Of a stretch of 64,000 nt of DNA, positions 18,571 to 28,359 are shown piece after piece. The notes beneath the pieces are model-generated. The model saw only the letters and a program-made list of their open reading frames with translations, had not been told where the DNA came from and searched no databases. Source of the stretch: an uncultured delta proteobacterium (GTDB lineage Bacteria > Desulfobacterota > Syntrophia > Syntrophales > UBA2192); assembly GCA_963705165.1 (NCBI GenBank), contig CAVPJD010000011.1:96001-160000 (forward strand). The letters run 5' to 3'. Within the stretch, counting starts at the first letter, position 1. The number at the start of each line of letters is the position of its first letter. The translations under genes were made by a program, and so were the position numbers.

Positions 18571-20699
18571 TTCAGTTTCTTCCTCACGGATGTGCCGGTG
18601 GCCCGCTTCTTTTTCGCTTTCGGTGACTCACCCTCATCCGCCTCGTCCCCGGTCGTTTCGCCCCCGAACCCGATCTCCAGCTCGGTGAGTTTGCGGATCC
18701 GGTCGCGAAGCTCGGCTGCCTGCTCGAAATCATAATCCCGGGCCGCCGCCTTCATCTCCTCCCGCAGTTTTGCGATCAAGGCCGGAACCTCAGCAATGGA
18801 TACGTACTCGACCTGCTGCTCCATGACGGGTACGCTGACGTAGTCTGCCTCGTAGATGGAGGCCAGCACATTGTCGATGGACTTGCGGATCGTCTCCGGG
18901 GTGATCCCGTTGTCCTCGTTGAACTTGCGCTGGATCACCCTCCGGCGTTGAGTCTCGTCGATGCAGGCCCGCATGGAGTCGGTGATCCTGTCGGCGTACA
19001 TGATGACCTGGCCCGCCACGTTTCGCGCCGCCCGGCCGCTCGTCTGGATGAGGGAGCGCTTGGAGCGCAGGAACCCCTCCTTGTCGGCATCGAGAATGGC
19101 CACCAGCGACACCTCGGGGATATCGAGCCCCTCCCGCAGGAGGTTGACGCCGACGAGGACGTCAAACTTGCCCAGCCGCAGGTCGCGAATGATGACCACG
19201 CGCTCCAGGGTATGGACGTCCGAGTGCAGGTATTTCACCCGGACCCCGAGGCTCTCGTAGTATTCCGTGAGATTTTCCGCCATGCGCTTTGTAAGGGTCG
19301 TCACGAGGACTCTCTCGCCCTTCTCGACGCGCTTGCGGATCTCGCCCAGGAGATCGTCCACCTGGTAGGTCACGGGTTTCACGACGATCTCCGGGTCCAT
19401 GAGCCCCGTGGGCCGCACGATCTGCTCCACCACGCGCCCCCGGGCCTTCGTGATCTCGTATTCGGCAGGTGTAGCCGAGATGTAGAGGCGCCGCTGGGCA
19501 AAGAGCTCGTATTCTTCGAACATGAGCGGCCGGTTGTCCAGGGCCGAAGGAAGGCGGAAGCCATACTCGACGAGGGTTGACTTTCGGGAACGGTCGCCGC
19601 GGAACATGCCCACGATCTGCGGGACGGTGACGTGGCTCTCGTCGACGATCACGAGGGCGTTGGCCGGCAGGTATTCCATGAGGGTTGGCGGGGGCTCGCC
19701 GGGCTTGCGTCCCGTGAGGTGGCGGGAGTAGTTCTCGATCCCCTGGCAGTAGCCCATCTCCTCGAGCATCTCCATGTCGAAGCAGGTGCGCTGCTCGAGC
19801 CGCTGGGCCTCCAGGAGCTTCCCCTGCGATTGCAAAAACCGGAGACGCTCGCCCAACTCCTCCCGGATGGTGACGAGGGCCGACTTCAGCGTGTCCCGCG
19901 TCGTGACGTAATGGCTCGCGGGGTAGATGTCCGTTTTCCAGAGCCGCCCCAGTTTCTTCCCCCGGAGGGGGTCCACGACACAGATCGACTCGATCACATC
20001 GCCGAGGCACTCGACGCGGATGGCATGCTCCTCCTCGTAGGCCGGGAAGATCTCCACCACGTCTCCCCGGACCCGGAAAGCGCCGCGGTGGAAATCGACA
20101 TCATTGCGTTCGTAGTGGATATCCACGAGGTGCCGAAGCAGCGTATCGCGGGGGATCTCCATCCCCTCTTCGAGGGAGAGCGACATGCCGAGGTAGGTCT
20201 CGGGGGCGCCGATGCCGTAAATGCAGGAGACGCTCGCCACGATGATCACGTCACTGCGCGAGAGGACCGAGCGCGTGGCCGAGTGGCGCATCTTGTCGAT
20301 CTCCTCGTTGATCGCGGAGTCCTTCTCGATGAAGGTGTCCGTCGTCGGGATGTAGGCCTCGGGCTGGTAGTAGTCGTAATAGCTCACGAAGTACTCGACG
20401 GCGTTCTCCGGGAACAGCGTCTTGAACTCCTGGTAGAGCTGTGCCGCCAGGGTCTTGTTGGGGGCGATGACCAGGGCGGGACGCTGCACGGACTGGATGA
20501 CGTTGGCCACCGTGAAGGTCTTGCCCGAACCGGTGATCCCGAGCAGGACCTGGTGAGGGTGCCCCTTTTCGATTCCCAGGGCCAGCTCTTCGATGGCCTG
20601 GGGCTGGTCCCCCCGGGGCTCGAAATCGGAGACGAGCCGGAAGGGTCGCCGGTCGATGTAATCGCCTGCGGTGTTATTTGGAATGCGATGATCTGACAC
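18564..20699 (-). CDS. uvrB: Excinuclease ABC subunit B
   Basis: [41 protein letters not shown] domain. Confidence 0.98.
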   Translation of the reverse strand: MSDHRIPNNTAGDYIDRRPFRLVSDFEPRGDQPQAIEELALGIEKGHPHQVLLGITGSGKTFTVANVIQSVQRPALVIAPNKTLAAQLYQEFKTLFPENAVEYFVSYYDYYQPEAYIPTTDTFIEKDSAINEEIDKMRHSATRSVLSRSDVIIVASVSCIYGIGAPETYLGMSLSLEEGMEIPRDTLLRHLVDIHYERNDVDFHRGAFRVRGDVVEIFPAYEEEHAIRVECLGDVIESICVVDPLRGKKLGRLWKTDIYPASHYVTTRDTLKSALVTIREELGERLRFLQSQGKLLEAQRLEQRTCFDMEMLEEMGYCQGIENYSRHLTGRKPGEPPPTLMEYLPANALVIVDESHVTVPQIVGMFRGDRSRKSTLVEYGFRLPSALDNRPLMFEEYELFAQRRLYISATPAEYEITKARGRVVEQIVRPTGLMDPEIVVKPVTYQVDDLLGEIRKRVEKGERVLVTTLTKRMAENLTEYYESLGVRVKYLHSDVHTLERVVIIRDLRLGKFDVLVGVNLLREGLDIPEVSLVAILDADKEGFLRSKRSLIQTSGRAARNVAGQVIMYADRITDSMRACIDETQRRRVIQRKFNEDNGITPETIRKSIDNVLASIYEADYVSVPVMEQQVEYVSIAEVPALIAKLREEMKAAARDYDFEQAAELRDRIRKLTELEIGFGGETTGDEADEGESPKAKKKRATGTSVRKKLNR

Positions 20700-20913
20700 G
20701 GTAATCGGACCCCTTGCCCTGATTTAGCCCTTCGCCCCCGGCCCTTTGCTGTTTGCCGCGGACAGGCTCTTCTAACCCATCAATGTTTTTACTATAATGG
20801 ACGGGGCGGCCCGATGCAAGCCGCGAACGCCCGCCTAATTAAGCCTTGACAAAGAATCGTAATAATGGTTAATGATTCTCCTTTAGCATTTAACTCAACA
20901 GGATCATACCGTT

Positions 20914-21051
20914 ATGAAAAAGACTCTCAGAACCATTACGAATCTCAAGCGCAAGCGGGGCCACGGATTTCGCGCCAGGATGGCCACCAAGGGTGGGCGA
21001 CTGGTCCTGAGCAGAAGGCGTGCAAAGGGGAGAAAGAGACTGACCGTCTGA
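20914..21051 (+). CDS. rpmH: 50S ribosomal protein L34
   Basis: Manual translation [45 protein letters not shown]. Upstream TTGACA at 20846. Confidence 0.95.
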   Translation: MKKTLRTITNLKRKRGHGFRARMATKGGRLVLSRRRAKGRKRLTV

Positions 21052-21075
21052 GCCGGGTAAGGGAAGAGTGGAAGG

Positions 21076-21459
21076 GTGAGCCCAGCCGCAGGAAAATCCC
21101 CAGCCCCCGAAGGCAGGTACGCGTTTAAGAAAAACGAGAGGCTCCGCAGACGCAGCGAGTTTTCGGCCCTTTTCCAGTCGGGCAAGCGGATTCACTCGGA
21201 GTACCTGACAGTCATTCTCAGCGCGAACACCTCGGACGTGCGGCGCCTCGGGCTCGTCGTCGGCAAAAAGGTGGGGAAAGCAGCCGTAAGGCGCAACCGG
21301 ATGAAGCGGCTCCTGAGAGAGTTCTTCCGCTTGAACAAGCACAGGCTTCCGGCCTCGCAGGATATCCTGATTGTCGCCAGGAAAGACTTCTCGTTCATGA
21401 AATATCGAGACCTCAGCAGTAAACTGGAAGAGGTCCTCGCGGGACGAATGAAAGCCTGA
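21076..21459 (+). CDS. rnpA: Ribonuclease P protein component
   Basis: RLGLVVGKKVGKAAVRRNRMKRLLRE, plus synteny. Confidence 0.95.
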   Translation: MSPAAGKSPAPEGRYAFKKNERLRRRSEFSALFQSGKRIHSEYLTVILSANTSDVRRLGLVVGKKVGKAAVRRNRMKRLLREFFRLNKHRLPASQDILIVARKDFSFMKYRDLSSKLEEVLAGRMKA

Positions 21460-21461
21460 AC

Positions 21462-21686
21462 ATGCCAAGGCATATTTTACAGACACTGTTTACCGCTCTC
21501 ATCCGAGCCTATCAGATTCTGATCTCCCCCATCCTGCCGCGCTGTTGCCGTTTCTACCCGACCTGCTCCGAGTATACCCTGACGGCTATCCGCCAGTACG
21601 GACCGGCGCGGGGGGTCTTTCTCGGGATCCGGCGGCTGATCCGATGTCACCCCTTTCACCCCGGCGGCTACGATCCGGTCCGGTAG
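21462..21686 (+). CDS. yidD: Membrane protein insertion efficiency factor
   Basis: CRFYPTCSEY...RCHPFHPGGYDPV. Confidence 0.95.
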   Translation: MPRHILQTLFTALIRAYQILISPILPRCCRFYPTCSEYTLTAIRQYGPARGVFLGIRRLIRCHPFHPGGYDPVR

Positions 21687-21707
21687 GTGCGCCCCAGGAG
21701 GCAATCC

Positions 21708-23312
21708 ATGAACATGAGCATGAACATAAGGACATTTCTGGCGATTCTCCTGTCGTTCCTCGTCGTCTTCGTCTACCAGTATTATTTCGTGAAAAACCCG
21801 GAGACGCAGAAAGAGGAGCAGACGCAGACACAGGCCCAGCCGGGCCAGCAGCAGGTCGTCGCCCCGGCGGCCGTGCCGGGCGCTCCGGCACTGAAGGCGC
21901 CCGTGGCGAAGGCCGCTCCGGCAGCCCGGGACATCCAGGTAGAGACCCCGCTGTACACGGCGGTCTTCAGCACCCGAGGCGGTGCCCTGAAGTCCTTCAA
22001 ACTCAAGGAGTACAAGGCGACTCTCGAGGAGAACAGCCCCCTCATCGAGATGGTCCAGGTGCAGGAGGGCTCCGAACTTCCCCTGTCGACCGTATTTGCC
22101 GACTCGAGCGTGAACCTGCCCGGCGACGCCCCGTATGAGGCCGACCGGAAAGAGCTCGACCTGACCAAGGATGTCAGGCCCGGGACGCTCGTTTTCAGCC
22201 TCAGCGTTCCCGGCCAGTACCGCGTGGAGAAAGTATACACCTTCAACCCCGAACGTTATTCCTTCGGTCTCGAAGTGCGGTTCCAGAACAACACGAAAGT
22301 CGCCCTCAGTCAGAATCTCTTCATGAAGTGGTTCGAGGAGCTGGGCAAGAAGGGCATCGACGAGGAAGGCGCCATCGCCCAGGTCAAGGGATCGACGGAG
22401 CGGGAAAGCGGCGCGAAATTTGAAAAGAGGGCCTTTGGACCCGATGTCGGCTGGAGCGGCTTCGAGAACAAGTTTTTCATCGGCGCCATGATCCCCAAGC
22501 AGCCTGCGCTCACGAGCGTCTCTTTCGCCAAGGACGCACGGGGACAGATCGTCGTCAGCATGGAAGGGCCGAAGAACACGATCCCCCCCGGCCAGGCAGG
22601 GGTTTTCAACTACACCCACTACGTGGGGCCCAAGGAATTCGACCGGCTGAGGGCGGAGGGCGTGGGGCTGGAGGCGGCCATCAACATCGGCAACTGGATG
22701 AAGTGGCTTGCATTCCCGTTCCTCATCCTGATGCAGTTCCTTTACAAGTACGTGGCCAACTACGGGATTGTCATCATCATCATCACCGTTCTCACGAAGA
22801 TCATCTTCTGGCCGCTTGGGAACAAGAGCTACAAGTCCATGAAGGAGATGCAGAAGGTCCAGCCCAAGATGACGGAGCTGAAAGAGCGCTACAAGGACGA
22901 CAAGCAGAAGCTGAATGCGGCCGTCATGGAGCTGTACAAGACGCACAAGATCAACCCCCTGGGCGGGTGCCTGCCGGTGGTCATCCAGATCCCCGTGTTC
23001 ATCGCGCTCTACCAGCTGCTCTCCTACGCCATCGAGCTTCGCCACGCTCCTTTTTTCTGGTGGATCCAAGACCTCTCGGCCAAGGACCCCTATTACATCA
23101 CCCCCATCATCATGGGGGCGACCATGCTGATCCAGCAGAAGATGACGCCGGCCATGGGGGACCCCCTGCAGCAGAAGATGATGCTCCTCATGCCGGTCGT
23201 CTTCACGTTCCTCTTTCTCAACTTCCCCTCGGGCCTGGTCATTTACTGGCTCATCAACAACGTCCTGAGCATCGGACAGCAATACTACATCAACAAGGCT
23301 CCCACCGCGTGA
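21708..23312 (+). CDS. yidC: Membrane protein insertase
   Basis: NYGIVIIIIT, INPLGGCLP, WIQDLS..DPYY, FPSGLVIYW. Confidence 0.96.
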   Translation: MNMSMNIRTFLAILLSFLVVFVYQYYFVKNPETQKEEQTQTQAQPGQQQVVAPAAVPGAPALKAPVAKAAPAARDIQVETPLYTAVFSTRGGALKSFKLKEYKATLEENSPLIEMVQVQEGSELPLSTVFADSSVNLPGDAPYEADRKELDLTKDVRPGTLVFSLSVPGQYRVEKVYTFNPERYSFGLEVRFQNNTKVALSQNLFMKWFEELGKKGIDEEGAIAQVKGSTERESGAKFEKRAFGPDVGWSGFENKFFIGAMIPKQPALTSVSFAKDARGQIVVSMEGPKNTIPPGQAGVFNYTHYVGPKEFDRLRAEGVGLEAAINIGNWMKWLAFPFLILMQFLYKYVANYGIVIIIITVLTKIIFWPLGNKSYKSMKEMQKVQPKMTELKERYKDDKQKLNAAVMELYKTHKINPLGGCLPVVIQIPVFIALYQLLSYAIELRHAPFFWWIQDLSAKDPYYITPIIMGATMLIQQKMTPAMGDPLQQKMMLLMPVVFTFLFLNFPSGLVIYWLINNVLSIGQQYYINKAPTA

Positions 23313-23323
23313 GGTACTGAAAC

Positions 23324-24328
23324 ATGAAGGTCCTCGAAATCGAAGGAAAGACCATCGACGAAGCGATCGAGAAGGCGTGCCGCGAATTTAACGTTCCCCG
23401 GGAAAAGCTGAACATCGAGATCCTCTCCGAGGGGTCCTCGGGCTTCCTCGGCCTTATTGGGACGAAAAAGGCAAAGGTCAAGGCGAGCCTTCTGAGCCTG
23501 GACATGAGCTTCGAGCTTCCCACGGAAAAAAAGGCAAGGGCACCGGAAGCGCCGCCTGCGCCGAAGCCCCAGGAGCCGCGGGAGCACAAAGAGCAACGCG
23601 AGCAGCATCCGCCCCGCGAGCACAGGGAGCAACGCGAGCAGCGTCCGCCCCGTGAGAATCGGGCGCCGAGAGAGCAGAGGGATCACCGCCCACCGAGGGA
23701 GCAACGGGAATCCCGCGAGCCGCGTCCGCCCCGCGAACACCGGGAGCCTCGGGAACACCGTGAACCGCGGGAGGCCCGCCCGCCGAGGGAACACCGAGAA
23801 ACACAGACGCCGCGCGAGCCGCGCCCTGAGCCGGTGGCAACATCTGCGGAAGCCCTGGCGGTCGCGAAGGAAACCCTCCTGGCGATCCTCGCCCTCATGA
23901 AAATCGAGGCCCAGGTAACGGTGGAGGACACGCCCGAGGCCATCAGCCTGACCCTTCAGGGGGCCGACGAGGGGCTTCTCATCGGCAAACGGGGGCAGAC
24001 CCTCGATGCCCTCCAGTATGTCGTCAACAAGATTCTCAGCAAGCAGGGCCGGGAGAACAAGCAGGTCATCGTCGACACGGAGGACTACCGCAAGAAACGC
24101 GAGGAGGCCCTCGTGTCCCTGGCGGAGAATGTCAGCCAGAAAGTCAGAAAGACAAAAAAACCCGTCACGCTGGACAACATGACGGCCCGAGAGAGGCGCA
24201 TCATCCACCTGACCCTGCAGAACGACGATACCGTCGTCACCAAGAGCTCCGGTGAGGGCCACCATCGCAAGATCATCGTCCGGCCCAGCAGGAGAAGCGG
24301 CCCCCACGGCCCAAGACCACCCCGGTGA
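23324..24328 (+). CDS. jag: Jag/EloR (KhpB) RNA-binding protein with a long R/E/P/H/Q-rich linker
   Basis: Jag_N, KH (LIGKRGQTLDALQY), R3H (ERRIIH). Confidence 0.92.
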   Translation: MKVLEIEGKTIDEAIEKACREFNVPREKLNIEILSEGSSGFLGLIGTKKAKVKASLLSLDMSFELPTEKKARAPEAPPAPKPQEPREHKEQREQHPPREHREQREQRPPRENRAPREQRDHRPPREQRESREPRPPREHREPREHREPREARPPREHRETQTPREPRPEPVATSAEALAVAKETLLAILALMKIEAQVTVEDTPEAISLTLQGADEGLLIGKRGQTLDALQYVVNKILSKQGRENKQVIVDTEDYRKKREEALVSLAENVSQKVRKTKKPVTLDNMTARERRIIHLTLQNDDTVVTKSSGEGHHRKIIVRPSRRSGPHGPRPPR

Positions 24329-25707
24329 TCCAGGCAGACACGATAGCTGCGATTGCCACACCGCCCGGCACGGGCGGCATCGGGATCATTCGGGCAAGCG
24401 GCCCCGATGCCGAACGGATAGGGCGCATTCTCTTCCGGCCCCGGAACGCGACGGAGGCCTGCCAATCCCACCGGCTCTACCACGGAGAAATCATCTGCCC
24501 CGCCACGGGACGTATCCTCGACGAGGTCCTCGTCGCCCTTCTGCGGGCGCCGCATTCCTTCACCGGTGAAGAAACCCTGGAGATCCACTGCCACGGCGGC
24601 CCCCTCATCCTCGAGGAGGTGCTGCAGGCCGTCCTGCGGTCAGGGGCCCGCCCCGCCGAGCCGGGGGAGTTCACGCGCAGGGCCTTCCTCAACGGCCGGA
24701 TCGATCTTTCCCAGGCCGAGGCCGTCCAGGAGATGATCTCGGCCCGTACGCAACGGGGGCTCGATCTCGCCATCGGCCATCTTCAGGGCGATTTGTCGCG
24801 GATGACCGGGGAGCTGCGCACATCCATTCTCGACATCCTCACCCTTCTGGAGGCGGAGATCGACTTCCAGGAGGAAGACGGCATCGAAGCGGCCCCGAGG
24901 GAGGGCCTGATGGATCAGCTCAGGGGCCTCACGGCCCGGATCGAAGAGCTGACGGCGAGCTACGGCGAGGGCAGGATCGCGCGGGACGGCGCACGGGTGG
25001 TCATCACGGGAAAGACCAACGTGGGAAAATCGAGCATCTTCAACCGCCTGCTGGGCGAAAAGCGGGCCATCGTGACGCCGCATGCCGGAACGACGCGGGA
25101 CTTCATCGAGGAGGGGGTCAGCATCCGGGGGATTCCGGTGAGGTTCGTCGACACGGCCGGTATTCGGGAAGCGCAGGATCCCATCGAGAAGGAGGGCATC
25201 GACCTGGTCTGGCAGCAGGCGGCCGTGGCCGATGTGGTTGTCATCGTGCTCGACGGGAGCGGCCCTCTCACGCCGGAGGATCGCGGCCTCATCGAAGCAA
25301 ACCGGGGCCGCAACATCGTCGTCGCAATCAACAAATCCGACCTGACGCGGGTCCTTGACAGGGGCTCTCTTCCGGAGGGGCTCTCCGGCCGGGAGCCTTT
25401 GCGGATCTCCGCGAAAACGGGGGAAGGTCTCGATGCCTTTCGCGATGCCGTCCACTCCGCCATCAGCCGCTCGACCGGTGAGTGTCACGCCGACACGGTT
25501 GTCACGAACCTGCGTCACAAGATCGCGCTGGAGCGTGCCTTCGCATCTTTGAGAACGGCCGAGCAGGGCCTCTCCGGCGGCCTCTCACCGGAGTTCATCG
25601 CCTTGGACCTCCGGGAAGCCCTGTGCGCCCTGGGCGAGGTGACGGGGCAGACGGTCACGGAGGAAATTTTGGACCGGATATTCTCTACCTTCTGCATCGG
25701 CAAATGA
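24325..25707 (+). CDS. mnmE: tRNA modification GTPase
   Basis: DTIAAIATPPG, GKTNVGKSS, GTTRD, DTAG, NKSD, FCIGK. Confidence 0.97.
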   Translation: MIQADTIAAIATPPGTGGIGIIRASGPDAERIGRILFRPRNATEACQSHRLYHGEIICPATGRILDEVLVALLRAPHSFTGEETLEIHCHGGPLILEEVLQAVLRSGARPAEPGEFTRRAFLNGRIDLSQAEAVQEMISARTQRGLDLAIGHLQGDLSRMTGELRTSILDILTLLEAEIDFQEEDGIEAAPREGLMDQLRGLTARIEELTASYGEGRIARDGARVVITGKTNVGKSSIFNRLLGEKRAIVTPHAGTTRDFIEEGVSIRGIPVRFVDTAGIREAQDPIEKEGIDLVWQQAAVADVVVIVLDGSGPLTPEDRGLIEANRGRNIVVAINKSDLTRVLDRGSLPEGLSGREPLRISAKTGEGLDAFRDAVHSAISRSTGECHADTVVTNLRHKIALERAFASLRTAEQGLSGGLSPEFIALDLREALCALGEVTGQTVTEEILDRIFSTFCIGK

Positions 25708-26003
25708 GGGCTGTTGACCGGGGGCGCATCCCACCAGGGTGCGCAATCATGTCAGGTTCTTACCTTACCGGGCCGCCCCGCTTTGCGGACAGGGCGGCAA
25801 AACCACCTATCTGCGGCGTTCCTCTCACCCCTCGTCCCTGCGGCGTACGCCAAGTACGCCTCAGTCCTCGGGATTTCGAGAGCCTTGCATCTAGGCACTT
25901 TTGAACAGCCCTATACCCCCCCGCAGACCTCGCTCCTCGGAATAGAGTTTATCCTGAGCCTGCCGAAGGGAGCGCCCAGCATCTGGACCTTTTTGACCGG
26001 CCC
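25708..26003. mobile_element. Nested MITE/REP-like cluster
   Basis: Imperfect terminal inverted repeats AGGGCTGTTGA (25708) and TGAACAGCCCT (25912). Internal palindrome GGCGTAC GCCAA GTACGCC. Carries an ~80-bp insert shared with 5570-5730. A second partial end CATCTGGACCTTTTTGACCGGCCC lies at ~25980-26003. Confidence 0.6.
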
Positions 26004-26225
26004 TACAAGACCCAATCCGACGCGCTTCATTCCTCAGAACTTCAGACGCCTTCAAGCTAAGCTTTTTTAATCAACCTTTGCGAGATGACCGTAACGCCGT
26101 TCTATCCTTTAAAAGAATACCTAATGAAAGGAGTTTCTGATTCCTTTAGTATGATGTTTGATATGAGTCACTCAGGAAGCGTAAACGTGATGGAATGGTC
26201 ATCCGATGGGGGAGGTTGAGGCTTC

Positions 26226-26393
26226 ATGTTTCCGTTGATAGTTCTCATCTTCATGGTCTTGGTGTTGTATCTTTACTTCAATAGTCGTAGTTTTCCGATG
26301 CAGGGTGGGCACTATGATGAGATGGAGGATTTAAGACGGCAAATACGAGAACTCAAAGATGAAATCGAAAACCTGAAGAAGCGAGGTACATGA
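26226..26393 (+). CDS. Small single-TM protein with C-terminal coiled coil (55 aa)
   Basis: GGAGG RBS, then MFPLIVLIFMVLVLYLYFNSRSF...MEDLRRQIRELKDEIENLKKRGT. Confidence 0.5.
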   Translation: MFPLIVLIFMVLVLYLYFNSRSFPMQGGHYDEMEDLRRQIRELKDEIENLKKRGT

Positions 26394-26660
26394 GGTGCGG
26401 CCGATTGGCCTCTCAGAATTTTGTATTGAATCATCTGGGTATGAACTAGGGGAGAGGACAGCATGATAGCAGAAATCACAAGACAGGTTCGAGAGGCTGA
26501 GGTACTTGACGGTGGAGAGCTTCGATGGAATCGGGGCAAAGCCTCCCCCCTCATCTAAACCATCATATCCGAAACTTACAATTTCAGCCGCACGACATCA
26601 TCATAAATCCCTGCGCAACTGGTGGTTGCTGCCGATCATTTAATCCAGCAACACCCTCCC

Positions 26661-26688
26661 TTGACAACAGAAGCCAGCGATGTAAATT
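26661..26688 (+). promoter_or_regulatory. Sigma70 promoter
   Basis: TTGACA-16 bp-TAAATT. Confidence 0.7.
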
Positions 26689-26693
26689 AAATG

Positions 26694-27039
26694 AGAGGTT
26701 GTGAAGGCTGAACGCCGGATTAACCTCAGCGACGGGTAAGGGAGGTGAAGCCAGTCACCCTGTTCATGTGTTTTGCGACAAGTGAATAGCTTCAACTCTG
26801 TCGCGGGATGTGCCGTCTATTGCCGGGGAAGGACAGATGATCGGGATCGGAAGCGGCAATCTGGTTGCTGCCTGGATTCAGAACGATCACGCTCCTCAAC
26901 CGTCGATAGGCGCAGATCTCGTGCAGTTCGATCCTTTCTCCGGAAAGGAGAATGAACGCATCTGAAGAGAGTCACCCTTCGCGATTCATCGATCGCGACC
27001 GAAATGTGACAATTATCTCTTCTCTTGCGTTTCTTTTTT
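26694..27039 (+). ncRNA. Candidate large structured non-coding RNA (~345 nt, family not recognised)
   Basis: Upstream promoter, five consecutive stem-loop domains, terminal U-tract, no credible ORF. Confidence 0.6.
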
Positions 27040-27044
27040 CCCGT

Positions 27045-27791
27045 TCAATCTTCCTTCATTCCTTCCAGAAGCGCCATGCAGTTGTGGCCGAGGACGCGGT
27101 GGTTGTAACCGCCCTCGAGGATGGCGAAGAACCCCGCATTCGTTTTGCGGGCGGTCTCACGGACCATCCGGCCGATGTCGGTGTAATCCGACTCATTGAG
27201 AACGCCGCCCCAGTCTTCCCGGGCGTAGTCGAACCCGGCCGAAATCGCGATCACATCGAACGCCTCCGCAGCCAGGGCCTTTTCCACCTGCCTGAGGAAA
27301 TCCACCGGGGAGTTCGAAGAGGGATTGACGAGAGTGACATAGCCCTTTCCCCCGAGGATGTTCACCGTCCCGTCGCCGAAATGCAGGTCGATGTCGAGCA
27401 CGAGGGCCTTCTTGATCGTGCCGTCCTTTTTGAGCTTCTCCAGGGCGATGGCCATGTTGTTGAAATAGCAGAAGCCCCAGCAGCTGTTGGCCGAGGCATG
27501 ATGTCCCGGGGGCCGGATCAGGCCGAAGCAGGGCTCCTTCATGCCGATCTCGGCGGCCTGGATGGCGCCGCCTGCGGCAAGGGCTGCGATCTCGTAGATG
27601 CCGATCTGGCGGATGTGCTCGATGTGGTACTTCGTGTGGCAGGCGGCAATGTCGTCCTCGCCAGCGGGTTTGGCCTCCACGAAGGTGACCTTGTCCCGGA
27701 TGACGTCCATGATGGCCTCCATGCGGCCCGAGGCCGCTGCCGGATCCATCGTGTAGGACTCGATGAACTTCTCGCTCCAGACAACTTTCAT
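27045..27791 (-). CDS. Histone deacetylase-family (Zn-dependent) deacylase
   Basis: RPPGHHA, GFCYFNN, DIDLHFGDGT, SAGFD, LEGGY. Confidence 0.93.
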   Translation of the reverse strand: MKVVWSEKFIESYTMDPAAASGRMEAIMDVIRDKVTFVEAKPAGEDDIAACHTKYHIEHIRQIGIYEIAALAAGGAIQAAEIGMKEPCFGLIRPPGHHASANSCWGFCYFNNMAIALEKLKKDGTIKKALVLDIDLHFGDGTVNILGGKGYVTLVNPSSNSPVDFLRQVEKALAAEAFDVIAISAGFDYAREDWGGVLNESDYTDIGRMVRETARKTNAGFFAILEGGYNHRVLGHNCMALLEGMKED

Positions 27792-27903
27792 TCTCGCACC
27801 TCCTTATCAATAGGGCATCGGGAATCGGGTCTCGGGTCTGGGTGAAGAAGGATCGTCTTTTTATAGCATTCTTCTTCCTTCCCTGAACCCTATACCCTGG
27901 ACA

Positions 27904-28359
27904 TTATACCCCGTCTTTTATAAATCCCATCTGCTCGAGCAGTTTTCTCGTCGTCGGTGAGAGGTTCAGCGCCGCGGCTTCCTCCGGCGACACCCAGCGC
28001 GCATCGCTCACATCGTCGGCGGCCTGCGGTTCGCCGCCCAGGTAATCGGCCAGGAAATCGATGATGATGTAGTGATATTTGATTCCCCCTTCGGGATCCC
28101 GATCGATGAAGTCGAAAAGGTAAAAGGCCTCCTTCGCCCGGACCGTGATCCCTGTCTCCTCCAGAATCTCCCGCTCGGCCGCCTCGCGGACCGTCTCGCC
28201 GAGTTCGACAAGGCCCCCGGGGATGGCCCAGAAGCCCTTTCCCGGCGAGCTTGCCCGCTTGACGAGGAGGATGCGGCCCTCGTGGATGACAATGGCGCCC
28301 ACCCCCACCCGCGGCAGCTCCCGGTATTCGCGTCCGGGTGTTTCTTCCTTCCCGCTCAT
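27904..28359 (-). CDS. NUDIX hydrolase (ADP-ribose pyrophosphatase-like)
   Basis: PGGLVELGETVREAAEREILEETG Nudix box. Confidence 0.92.
   Translation of the reverse strand: MSGKEETPGREYRELPRVGVGAIVIHEGRILLVKRASSPGKGFWAIPGGLVELGETVREAAEREILEETGITVRAKEAFYLFDFIDRDPEGGIKYHYIIIDFLADYLGGEPQAADDVSDARWVSPEEAAALNLSPTTRKLLEQMGFIKDGV

Noticed and set aside
26151..26393. Third selenoprotein via in-frame TGA at 26217
   Set aside because: The context GGG*GFMF suggests a former Trp or an upstream stop rather than Cys. No clear SECIS, and a good RBS precedes the ATG at 26226.
26952..27845. 297-aa plus-strand ORF starting inside the ncRNA candidate
   Set aside because: It is antisense to the HDAC gene, and its SD-like motif is only 1 nt from the ATG and sequestered in a stem.
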